64,000 nt of DNA from a virus (IMGVR_UViG_3300008459_000033:5169-69168); one strand, 5' to 3'; numbered from the stretch's first letter, positions 31,679-38,361 are shown. Notes: generated by a model from the letters alone, not told the origin. Numbers and translations are program-made.

Positions 31679-31772
31679 GTATAAATAGTTGTGTGATATT
31701 TAGTGGCCAGCGGTAAGGCAACAAATATTTTCAAATGATTCAAAATTGCCACATATGAAGGTGGTATTTTTG

Positions 31773-31801
31773 TTGACAACTAAATAAACATACACTATAA
31801 T
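31773..31801 (+). promoter_or_regulatory. Sigma70 promoter (perfect consensus)
   Basis: TTGACA-17-TATAAT. Confidence 0.8.
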
Positions 31802-31843
31802 AATTGCATGTGTTAAATATTTTGCCAAAAGACTTAATAGTGG

Positions 31844-31872
31844 TTGACAAGATAGATAACAGGTGTTATAGT
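31844..31872 (+). promoter_or_regulatory. Sigma70 promoter
   Basis: TTGACA-17-TATAGT with extended TGn. Confidence 0.8.
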
Positions 31873-31918
31873 TAAGACATGCTGCAACAGTTGCAGCGTT
31901 TAAGGAAACGAAAACAAA

Positions 31919-32074
31919 ATGAACGCAATTTGTAATTTTAGACAATTTAAAACGATAGCCAAACAGGCTGTGCCGATGCACGGGTCTTGGTTAGCGATTA
32001 ATAGTCTATCATCAGATCGCACACCAGAGGGCTATAATAGCTCGGGGTTCTTAGAAGGGGCAGGTTACGCTTAA
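31919..32074 (+). CDS. Putative leader peptide (51 aa) of the RNA-array attenuator
   Basis: TAAGGA RBS; MNAICNFRQFKTIAKQAVPMHGSWLAINSLSSDRTPEGYNSSGFLEGAGYA; stop about 30 nt before the terminator. Confidence 0.6.
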   Translation: MNAICNFRQFKTIAKQAVPMHGSWLAINSLSSDRTPEGYNSSGFLEGAGYA

Positions 32075-32103
32075 ACAGCACCAAGTAACTTACAAACTTT
32101 AGG

Positions 32104-32140
32104 AACCCTAGGATTAAAAACCCTGGGGTTTTTTGTTTTT
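32104..32140 (+). terminator. Intrinsic terminator with a competing antiterminator
   Basis: AACCCTAGG/CCTGGGGTT stem plus T tract; 5' arm can instead pair with GGGGTTCTT (32044-32052). Confidence 0.75.
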
Positions 32141-32152
32141 ACAAAGGAAGAA

Positions 32153-32317
32153 ATGGAAAAGAAAGATTACGAAAAGTTAAATGAACGTATTGTCGAACAA
32201 GCTTATGAAGCAGTTCTTACAAAAGAGCAACTTCAAAAACTTATTCAAGATAAGTTTGATCGTGCTACAGTATATCACCGATCGCTGGCTAAACAGCCAA
32301 CGTTTAGTGTAAACTAA
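32153..32317 (+). CDS. Small hypothetical protein (54 aa)
   Basis: AAAGGA RBS; MEKKDYEKLNERIVEQAYEAVL... Confidence 0.6.
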   Translation: MEKKDYEKLNERIVEQAYEAVLTKEQLQKLIQDKFDRATVYHRSLAKQPTFSVN

Positions 32318-32324
32318 TAGTGCA

Positions 32325-32429
32325 AAGTGTGAATAACAGGAAACGAGGTCCTGGCAGCGCACTTAAAACATGCTGTAAACGGGCGGCCTGTAGGATGGAA
32401 CACTTCTTCTAGTGTGAAAAATTACAGCG
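32325..32429 (+). ncRNA. Structured RNA element(s), unknown
   Basis: AAGTGTG/CGCACTT and TGCTGTAA/TTACAGCG closing stems; no ORF. Confidence 0.4.
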
Positions 32430-32504
32430 TATTAAAGCATACTGAACAGACATATCCGCCGTAAGACGTGGAAGCATGGTGGTGATGACAGTATGCTTTA
32501 ATAC
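32429..32504 (+). repeat. Long-stem cassette E1
   Basis: Perfect 16-bp inverted repeat GTATTAAAGCATACTG/CAGTATGCTTTAATAC around 44 nt. Confidence 0.8.
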
Positions 32505-32567
32505 ACACTTTCCCATAGCGCCTTGAAAGCGCCGGAACCGACATAGTCTGGAGAGTGTTTAATTTTT

Positions 32568-32642
32568 GGGCTGATAGTGATAATGGGAGCACACTGGTTT
32601 TGCATATCGGTAGTTGGGGTTCGATCCCCCATCGGTCCACCA
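32568..32642 (+). tRNA. tRNA-Ala(TGC)
   Basis: Cloverleaf, encoded CCA. Confidence 0.85.
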
Positions 32643-32648
32643 AAATAT

Positions 32649-32723
32649 ATCCTGCTAGATTACTGGCTAGATCAATACCCTTTCAAGGTATAGGAACGGG
32701 ATCGATACCCGTGCAGGATGCCA
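32649..32723 (+). tRNA. tRNA-Glu(TTC)
   Basis: Cloverleaf, CCA. Confidence 0.85.
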
Positions 32724-32731
32724 AAGTTTAT

Positions 32732-32806
32732 ATACCGCTAGTGTTAACGGCAGCACGACAGTCTCCAAAACTGCTAGTGGGGGTTCAAATCCCTCGCGGT
32801 ATGCCA
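32732..32806 (+). tRNA. tRNA-Trp(CCA)
   Basis: Cloverleaf, CCA. Confidence 0.88.
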
Positions 32807-32813
32807 TTTTTAT

Positions 32814-32889
32814 CTCTCATTGGGCTAGCGGCTATGCCTCCTTGTTTGGAACGAGGAAATCGAAGGTTCGAGTCCTTCATGGGAGACCA
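32814..32889 (+). tRNA. tRNA-Pro(TGG)
   Basis: Cloverleaf, CCA. Confidence 0.85.
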
Positions 32890-32892
32890 AGT

Positions 32893-33116
32893 TTTGTAAG
32901 TGTCAGCAAGTGAAGTCACGCTAATAAGGTTTCTTCGAAGGACCGAGTTAGTAAAAGGTTAATGGGTTCAACTCCCACCCGCGGGGAACTGCGGAGGTCC
33001 GTAACGGGGACTATACTGGACGGATCCCAAGTGATATCCATCGCGTGTCGAGGTCAGGCTAGGCGGCCGGTAAGTCCTGAATAAATCTACGATAAATGTT
33101 GACGTAGGCTTACAAA
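32893..33116 (+). ncRNA. Unknown ~220-nt structured RNA (A)
   Basis: Ends pair (TTTGTAAGT-GTCAGCA with TGTTGAC..GCTTACAAA); internal T-loop GGGTTCAACTCCC; TTCG and GTAA hairpins. Confidence 0.6.
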
Positions 33117-33144
33117 TTCATTTTATGTTGTTTACCAAAATATG

Positions 33145-33209
33145 TTGACAGCAGCAAAAACGATGTTATAGTATACGCATGTTAAGCAATTAACATATGT
33201 TCATTAAAA
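33145..33209 (+). promoter_or_regulatory. Sigma70 promoter followed by a hairpin and boxA-like element
   Basis: TTGACA-16-TATAGT; GCAA-loop hairpin; TGTTCATTAAAA at 33198-33209. Confidence 0.6.
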
Positions 33210-33225
33210 ATTTAAGTATAAGAAG

Positions 33226-33338
33226 TTCTTATACACATACACACAACAGCGTAGGCCACGCTTATGTAGTGGATAACAGCCTTGTTTTGATGCATGGTTG
33301 GCAGGTTCGATTCCTGTAAGTGTGTAGTTGTATAAGAA
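33226..33338 (+). repeat. Long-stem cassette E2 enclosing a degenerate tRNA-like domain
   Basis: TTCTTATACA..TACACAC / GTGTGTA..TGTATAAGAA; internal T-arm GCAGGTTCGATTCCTGT. Confidence 0.65.
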
Positions 33339-33342
33339 TTAA

Positions 33343-34225
33343 GGGGAGTTTAATCTCCAGGACAGTATGGTTCGCCCAGCTGGACAAAAGATAAGCTAGG
33401 TGACTAGCCCAAAGCAGACGAGTCCTACACTCCTGCGCCAGCAATGGTCTGTTTAAGCAAGCCTGCTCACTACCGCGAGGTAGCGTTCACTGATAAGACC
33501 GGTGGATGTAACAGCAAAGCTGATGTATGGGGAAGAACATTGTTCGACGTGCCGCAAGGAACACGGGGCAATGAAAAGTAACAGGTGGTGCTGACTTCCA
33601 TACGAAACCAATCAGTTAGTTGGTATGAGAAAGGGTAGTGTATTGGTTCGAAGGGTCGCACCTAAGAGCTCGTATGCAATGTCAATGGTTAGTGGGCTGT
33701 AGTAATACAGTACACCGATCGTGAAACATCACTGAGTAGCTCGCGAGGCAAAAGGTATGTGGTGAGTTGTATTGGGTAGTTCAAAAGATTATTCAGCAAC
33801 TGAGTCAGCTCATCGCGGTAGGTTGTTATAGGCTAATGGTAGGCCATTTCTCTGTTAAAGAAACGACTGTGGGTTCGATCCCCACTAACATTTAAAATGC
33901 AAAGACTGACTCGGTCGTGTGTGAAAAGCATCTAATACTTGGGGCGCAAGCTAACCAAGTCAGACGTAACTCGCAAGGTGAAATCTGTTTATGCAGGAAG
34001 TTTCGTAACTGTTTAGCGACAGTGAATGGCTCTAAAGGTCAACGGAGTAGAAAGCGTAGAATAGCACACGATGTCAAGACTAATGCCTGTCTTTAAACGG
34101 CGATGCTGCAAGTAGACGTGGATACCTAGCAATAGGGCTGCGTGGAAGTCGGAAGAAAGAGTGCTCGCAAGGTGCTCAATAATGTCCGAGGTACTTGTAG
34201 GTTAGGATGTATTCTCAGTCCGCCA
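33343..34225 (+). ncRNA. Large (~880 nt) ornate ncRNA, probably GOLLD
   Basis: No sense ORF; GC-richer than flanks; many GNRA-capped hairpins; lies in a phage tRNA array; internal tRNA-like domain; boundaries approximate. Confidence 0.7.
33822..33893 (+). tRNA. tRNA-Asn(GTT)-like domain inside the large ncRNA, no CCA
   Basis: D arm, TTTCT-CTGTTAA-AGAAA anticodon arm, GTGGG-TTCGATC-CCCAC T arm; weak acceptor stem. Confidence 0.6.
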
Positions 34226-34226
34226 C

Positions 34227-34316
34227 TTATATAAAAGCACATTGACGTGTGACTGCGTCATTGGTAACAGTGAGAGGCCTACTAAAGCTGTAGGACATTA
34301 GTGTGTTTCTATATAA
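34227..34316 (+). repeat. Long-stem cassette E3
   Basis: TTATATAAAAGCACATTGA / TTAGTGTGTTTCTATATAA. Confidence 0.75.
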
Positions 34317-34318
34317 AT

Positions 34319-34404
34319 GGAGTTGTAGGAAAATTGGTAACCCCAGTGGACTGTAAATCCGCCGCCCTTGTGCATTGTTGGTTCAAGTCCAACCGGCTCC
34401 ACCA
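34319..34404 (+). tRNA. tRNA-Tyr(GTA)
   Basis: Cloverleaf with variable arm, CCA. Confidence 0.9.
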
Positions 34405-34418
34405 TAGTTTTTTAACTT

Positions 34419-34493
34419 GCTCGGTTCGTCTATCGGTCAGGACACCCGCCTTTCACGCAGGTAAGAGGGGTTCGATTCCCCTACCGAGTACCA
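34419..34493 (+). tRNA. tRNA-Glu(TTC)
   Basis: Cloverleaf, CCA. Confidence 0.9.
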
Positions 34494-34500
34494 ACGTAAC

Positions 34501-34577
34501 GCACAGGTACCAGAGCGACTAATGGCGCGGATTGCAAATCCGTTGATTCGTGGGTTTGAGTCCCACCCTGTGCTCCA
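34501..34577 (+). tRNA. tRNA-Cys(GCA)
   Basis: Cloverleaf, CCA. Confidence 0.85.
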
Positions 34578-34585
34578 GGAATATT

Positions 34586-35047
34586 ATGAGACAACAATTT
34601 TATCAGTCGTTAAAGATCGGTGAAGCTTGGGAAACTACCATGGAACAGTGGATGGCAAAATATTTTGCCAAGACTAAGTGGGTAGTTGAAGATGCACGAC
34701 ATGTTCATAGAGACGAGGACGGAGATCAATTCCCGGACTATGTTTTAGTGAACACTGAAACCGATAAGTTTTGTTTTATCGATGCAAAGAAACGCAATGC
34801 CTATGCCTGGAATGAACAAAGGTATTTCGGCTTTGATGAAAGATTTTTTAATAGCTATACCAACATAGCTAAGAAACACAACACAAAAGTATATGTAGGG
34901 TTTAATGATCCTGCGTTTGATCCCAATCACGTTTATATTCTAGACGTAAGTCAACCGCACGATTGGAAACCTTATTTTAGCAACGTGCATGGCTCTAGTC
35001 ATGCTTATCGTTGGAAAGTCGAACACCTAGTTCGTCTTGAAATGTAA
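34586..35047 (+). CDS. PD-(D/E)XK nuclease-like protein inside the tRNA array
   Basis: GEAWE...PDYVL...FIDAKKR; AGGA RBS. Confidence 0.65.
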   Translation: MRQQFYQSLKIGEAWETTMEQWMAKYFAKTKWVVEDARHVHRDEDGDQFPDYVLVNTETDKFCFIDAKKRNAYAWNEQRYFGFDERFFNSYTNIAKKHNTKVYVGFNDPAFDPNHVYILDVSQPHDWKPYFSNVHGSSHAYRWKVEHLVRLEM

Positions 35048-35050
35048 TAT

Positions 35051-35138
35051 GGAAGTTTGGTCGAGTGGTCTATGGCTCTAGTCTTGAAAACTAGCGAATC
35101 GAAAGGTTCCGTGAGTTCGAATCTCACAGCTTCCGCCA
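35051..35138 (+). tRNA. tRNA-Ser(TGA)
   Basis: Type II cloverleaf, CCA. Confidence 0.92.
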
Positions 35139-35142
35139 TATT

Positions 35143-35218
35143 GCTTCGTTAGCTCAATTGGGAGAGCGCGACACTGTCACTGTCGAGGTAAGGGGATCGA
35201 AACCCCTACGAGGCGCCA
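35143..35218 (+). tRNA. tRNA-Asp(GTC)
   Basis: Cloverleaf, CCA. Confidence 0.9.
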
Positions 35219-35221
35219 AGA

Positions 35222-35421
35222 ACGTTCTAGCTAATCACTAGATATTGTGACCCGCAAGATGAGAAGTGCTGTGATAAGCACGGGTGGTAGTCTTTAAACC
35301 GAAAGGCCGCTGGCAATGCGAGAACGGAACCTGTCGTGGAGAGGGTGGAGGCCGTATGTGATGGTATTGGGGGTTCCCGGTGCCTGATGCGGTATAATTA
35401 CCTCCGGGGTTCGCAGAGCAT
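35222..35421 (+). ncRNA. Unknown ~200-nt structured RNA (B)
   Basis: TTGTGACCC/GGGTTCGCAG closing stem, GGAGG/CCTCC, GAAA hairpin; no ORF; between tRNAs. Confidence 0.6.
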
Positions 35422-35476
35422 TTTTTAATTTTAAAAGGAGATCTGTCATGAATAGTGACAAGAGTGATAAGATGTC

Positions 35477-35551
35477 GGGGGTATAACTTAACGGCTAAAG
35501 TAGCGGGCTTTTAACCCGCAAATCAGAGTTCGATTCTCTGTGCCCCTACCA
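35477..35551 (+). tRNA. tRNA-Lys(TTT)
   Basis: Cloverleaf, CCA. Confidence 0.9.
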
Positions 35552-35640
35552 TATGTAAACACATTCAAAAATCTAAACATAGTTTAGCTAACGGTTAGCT
35601 CGCCGGACATCGAAGAGCACGAGTGTGTTTTCATATGGTA
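35547..35640 (+). repeat. Long-stem cassette E4
   Basis: TACCATATGTAAACACATTC / GAGTGTGTTTTCATATGGTA. Confidence 0.75.
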
Positions 35641-35711
35641 ACGTAGCATAATGGTCGTGCACCTCCTTCATACGGAGCAAGGTATTGGTTCGAATCCAAT
35701 CGTTACCACCA
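35637..35711 (+). tRNA. tRNA-Met or Ile2 (CAT)
   Basis: Cloverleaf, CAT anticodon, CCA. Confidence 0.8.
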
Positions 35712-35721
35712 ATCATTTAAT

Positions 35722-35796
35722 ACCTGTGTAGCTCAGTGGTAGAGCACCGTCTTGATAAGGCGGGTGTCGGTGGATCGTTCCCACCCACAGGTACCA
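35722..35796 (+). tRNA. tRNA-Ile(GAT)
   Basis: Cloverleaf, CCA. Confidence 0.88.
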
Positions 35797-35807
35797 GGTT
35801 ATTCTGT

Positions 35808-35881
35808 TGGACTATGGTGTAATGGTAACACAACTGACTTTGACTCAGTCGTTCCAGGTTCGAGCCCTGGTAGTCCTGCCA
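35808..35881 (+). tRNA. tRNA-Gln(TTG)
   Basis: Cloverleaf, CCA. Confidence 0.9.
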
Positions 35882-35887
35882 AGTTTT

Positions 35888-35962
35888 GCCCCGTTCGTAT
35901 AATGGATCATATACAAAGCTACGAACTTTGAGATGGTGGTTCGATTCCATCACGGGGCTCCA
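35888..35962 (+). tRNA. tRNA-Arg(ACG)
   Basis: Cloverleaf, CCA. Confidence 0.85.
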
Positions 35963-35964
35963 GT

Positions 35965-36038
35965 GTTGTTCCTAGTGTAGTGGCTGCACACCTGTCTGTG
36001 AAACAGGTAGAGAGGGTTCGATTCCCCGGTTCAACCCA
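35965..36038 (+). tRNA. tRNA-His(GTG), mismatched acceptor stem
   Basis: CCTGT-CTGTGAA-ACAGG arm, T arm, CCA; two T:T mismatches in the acceptor stem. Confidence 0.7.
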
Positions 36039-36042
36039 AGAT

Positions 36043-36133
36043 TATATTCAAGCACACTTCGGTCTAGGCATAGCCTAGGCATAAGGCAAGAAGACCTCTG
36101 TGATTAGAAACATTCCAAGTGTGCTTGAATATA
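36043..36133 (+). repeat. Long-stem cassette E5
   Basis: Perfect 17-bp inverted repeat TATATTCAAGCACACTT/AAGTGTGCTTGAATATA. Confidence 0.8.
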
Positions 36134-36135
36134 TT

Positions 36136-36211
36136 GCCGATGTAGCTCAGGTGGTAGAGCAGCGGATTGAAAATCCGTGTGTCACTGGTTCAACCCCAGT
36201 CTTCGGCACCA
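36136..36211 (+). tRNA. tRNA-Phe(GAA)
   Basis: Cloverleaf, CCA. Confidence 0.9.
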
Positions 36212-36229
36212 AATTTAAAGGAGCTCAAT

Positions 36230-36415
36230 ATGAAAGCCATTACGTTCAAGAACAAATTAAATAGCGAACAGGTAATATGTGAAAACATACGTGCCGTTGA
36301 AGTGATAGATGGCATTGAGTATCTAGTTGTCCATCGAAAAGAAAACAACAGAATGTTTTTAATGCGAAAAGATGTCTTAGAAAAAATCAACACAACCGTT
36401 GACAAAGCTAAGTAA
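36230..36415 (+). CDS. Small hypothetical protein
   Basis: AAGGAG RBS, MKAITFKNK... Confidence 0.7.
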   Translation: MKAITFKNKLNSEQVICENIRAVEVIDGIEYLVVHRKENNRMFLMRKDVLEKINTTVDKAK

Positions 36416-36427
36416 ACACACTATAAT
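36399..36427 (+). promoter_or_regulatory. Sigma70 promoter (perfect consensus)
   Basis: TTGACA-17-TATAAT just before tRNA-Leu. Confidence 0.8.
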
Positions 36428-36440
36428 AGATTTAAGAAAT

Positions 36441-36524
36441 GCGCAAGTGGTGGAATGGTATACACGGTGGTCTTAGAAGCCACTGCCGAGAGGATTGAGA
36501 GTTCGAGTCTCTCCTTGCGCACCA
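36441..36524 (+). tRNA. tRNA-Leu(TAG)
   Basis: Type II cloverleaf, CCA. Confidence 0.92.
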
Positions 36525-36535
36525 AAGGATATAGA

Positions 36536-36748
36536 ATGGAAGATATTAATATTTACGAGTTCGGCGAGTCGATGAAATACTTTGAAGAAAAGTTAGAAGG
36601 TATCGACTTTGTCATTGAACAGGTAGAAGGTCCAACTGAAGAAGAAGATTTGTGGTGTTTGGAAATTTTTGATCAAAAGATCCATTTTCAAACATTGGAT
36701 GAAGTAAAGAAACATTTGCACAGTATTATCGATAGTCGAATACCGTGA
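36536..36748 (+). CDS. Small acidic hypothetical protein
   Basis: AAGGA RBS, MEDINIYEF... Confidence 0.65.
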   Translation: MEDINIYEFGESMKYFEEKLEGIDFVIEQVEGPTEEEDLWCLEIFDQKIHFQTLDEVKKHLHSIIDSRIP

Positions 36749-36757
36749 TATAAAGTT

Positions 36758-36832
36758 GCCTGGTTAGCTCAGGGGTAGAGCGTCTCCTTTACACGGAGAG
36801 GGTCCGCGGTTCGAAACCGTGACCAGGTACCA
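36758..36832 (+). tRNA. tRNA-Val(TAC)
   Basis: Cloverleaf, CCA. Confidence 0.92.
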
Positions 36833-36840
36833 AAGTTTTT

Positions 36841-36932
36841 ACCTCCATAGTTTAATGGTAAAACGGCGGATTTATATCCCGTAAGCAACAGATAATTGGT
36901 TCATGTGGGTTCGACTCCCGCTGGAGGTACCA
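36841..36932 (+). tRNA. tRNA-Ile(TAT) with long variable arm
   Basis: Anticodon loop TTTATAT, ~22-nt variable region, CCA. Confidence 0.7.
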
Positions 36933-36942
36933 ATAAGTTTTT

Positions 36943-37032
36943 GGAGCGTGGGCCGGATGGTAAGGCAGCGGTTTGCTAAACCGTAGAACAGGTAAAATGG
37001 TTCACAGGGTTCGACTCCCTGACGCTCCGCCA
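36943..37032 (+). tRNA. tRNA-Ser(GCT)
   Basis: Type II cloverleaf, CCA. Confidence 0.9.
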
Positions 37033-37053
37033 AGTTAATTGAAAAGGAAATAT

Positions 37054-37257
37054 ATGTTAAAACCAGGTAAGACATTTAATTTAAGCAAGCAAACAAAGCG
37101 TTTCATGGCAACATTTGTCAACGCTGAAGATCGAAATCATTTTAAGCGTATGATGATTCAAGCAGAATTAGCAGCAGCTATTGTACCGAAGCGTGAAAAA
37201 CGTCCACAGGGCAATGCAGGTTATACACAGACTGCTACTTCGGCAACTGCGGATTAA
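37054..37257 (+). CDS. Small basic hypothetical protein
   Basis: AAAGGA RBS, MLKPGKTFNLSK... Confidence 0.7.
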   Translation: MLKPGKTFNLSKQTKRFMATFVNAEDRNHFKRMMIQAELAAAIVPKREKRPQGNAGYTQTATSATAD

Positions 37258-37259
37258 TA

Positions 37260-37538
37260 ATGAGTGGAAAGTGGCATGGGGGCAAAGGCAGTGCGCAACG
37301 CAAGGCATTAGTTCCACAGTCTCAAGTTGATAGTAATTGGGATACAATTTTTAAAAAGAAGGACCAAGGCATGCAAATAAGAGTCAAAGAAGATCCGGAA
37401 GAATTTGGTAAGTGTGGTTGTGGTCGTAGTCCAACTGGTAAGTGTATTGGTTGGCACGTTCTAAGTGAAGAAATGTATCAGCATCAAAAAATGCTTTGGT
37501 TAGAAGATGAACTTCGTAAAGACAACGAAGTTAAGTAA
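37260..37538 (+). CDS. Small protein with CDGSH-like metal-binding motif
   Basis: CGCGRSPTGKCIGWH. Confidence 0.6.
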   Translation: MSGKWHGGKGSAQRKALVPQSQVDSNWDTIFKKKDQGMQIRVKEDPEEFGKCGCGRSPTGKCIGWHVLSEEMYQHQKMLWLEDELRKDNEVK

Positions 37539-37544
37539 TAACGT

Positions 37545-37620
37545 GGGGGTGTAGCTCATTTGGGAGAGCGCCTGCTTTGCAAGCAGGATGTAGCAAGTTC
37601 GATCCTTGTCACCTCCACCA
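37545..37620 (+). tRNA. tRNA-Ala(TGC)
   Basis: Cloverleaf, G3:U70, CCA. Confidence 0.92.
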
Positions 37621-37638
37621 AGTTTTTAAGTAAGTATT

Positions 37639-37712
37639 GCCCTATTAGTTTAATGGTAAAACAACGGTTTTGTAATCCGTGGCTGGGAGTTCGATTCTCT
37701 CATGGGGCACCA
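37639..37712 (+). tRNA. tRNA-Thr(TGT)
   Basis: Cloverleaf, CCA. Confidence 0.88.
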
Positions 37713-37718
37713 AAATAT

Positions 37719-37794
37719 TCCGCAGTAGCTCAGTCGGTAGAGTAGATGACTGTTAATCATTTGGTCGGTGGTTCGAGCCCACCCTGTGGAGCCA
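37719..37794 (+). tRNA. tRNA-Asn(GTT)
   Basis: Cloverleaf, CCA. Confidence 0.92.
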
Positions 37795-37810
37795 ATAATA
37801 TTAAAAAGAC

Positions 37811-37838
37811 TTGACATTAAGTTTTTTTCGTATATAAT
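37811..37838 (+). promoter_or_regulatory. Sigma70 promoter
   Basis: TTGACA-16-TATAAT. Confidence 0.7.
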
Positions 37839-37845
37839 AAGTTTT

Positions 37846-38089
37846 GTTGTGTAGCAATACACAACCGGCGATGTAAAAGGTAGATGAGAGTAGACGATTG
37901 TTATCGCTACATGCGATGACAAAACTTAATGGCTGGACTAATCCTCCAACCTCGTAAGTTAGTGCTCCGGGTATAAACATAGAAAATCTGTTCTTTGCTA
38001 TCCGGTAATATTAACTTCTCTGCTCGTTGAATTTTGTACATTGTGCTTTGCACTTTGTTCGGTCTATTACTTGACCTTTTACAGGACCG
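37846..38089 (+). ncRNA. Unknown ~240-nt structured RNA or leader (C) upstream of rpoZ
   Basis: 5' GCAA hairpin; TGTAAAAGGT/ACCTTTTACA long-range stem; internal TTGTTATCGC/GCGATGACAA hairpin. Confidence 0.55.
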
Positions 38090-38112
38090 TTTTTAACTAA
38101 CTAAGGTACTCA

Positions 38113-38361
38113 ATGGCTCGATACACATCAGAAAAAGCAGCACAAATGTTTGGCAATAATCGTTTTAACCTAGTGTTAGGCGCAAGTCAACGTGCAAGAG
38201 AACTTAAGAATGGTTCTATGCAACGTGTAGAGGGCAAAGATGCAACTACCGTAGTCACCGCACTTCGTGAAATTGAAGAAGGCAAGTATACAGTAAAAGA
38301 ATGGCTAGATAAAATCCCAAAGAAAAGGAAAGGCAATCGTGATGAATATAACCCTACGTAA
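38113..38361 (+). CDS. rpoZ: RNA polymerase omega subunit
   Basis: MAR.T......GNNRFNLVL.ASQRAREL...TVVTALREIEEG matches RpoZ motifs. Confidence 0.88.
   Translation: MARYTSEKAAQMFGNNRFNLVLGASQRARELKNGSMQRVEGKDATTVVTALREIEEGKYTVKEWLDKIPKKRKGNRDEYNPT

Noticed and set aside
32893-33116. raiA-motif RNA
   Set aside because: Only a short GTAAGTCCTG resemblance from memory; not enough without a covariance-model search.
33343-34225. Group I/II intron or rRNA fragment
   Set aside because: No interrupted gene, and no recognisable intron core or rRNA signature.
36841-36932. Ochre suppressor tRNA (TTA) or stop-codon recoding
   Set aside because: The loop register gives TAT, and genes are intact under the standard code with TAA, TGA and TAG stops.
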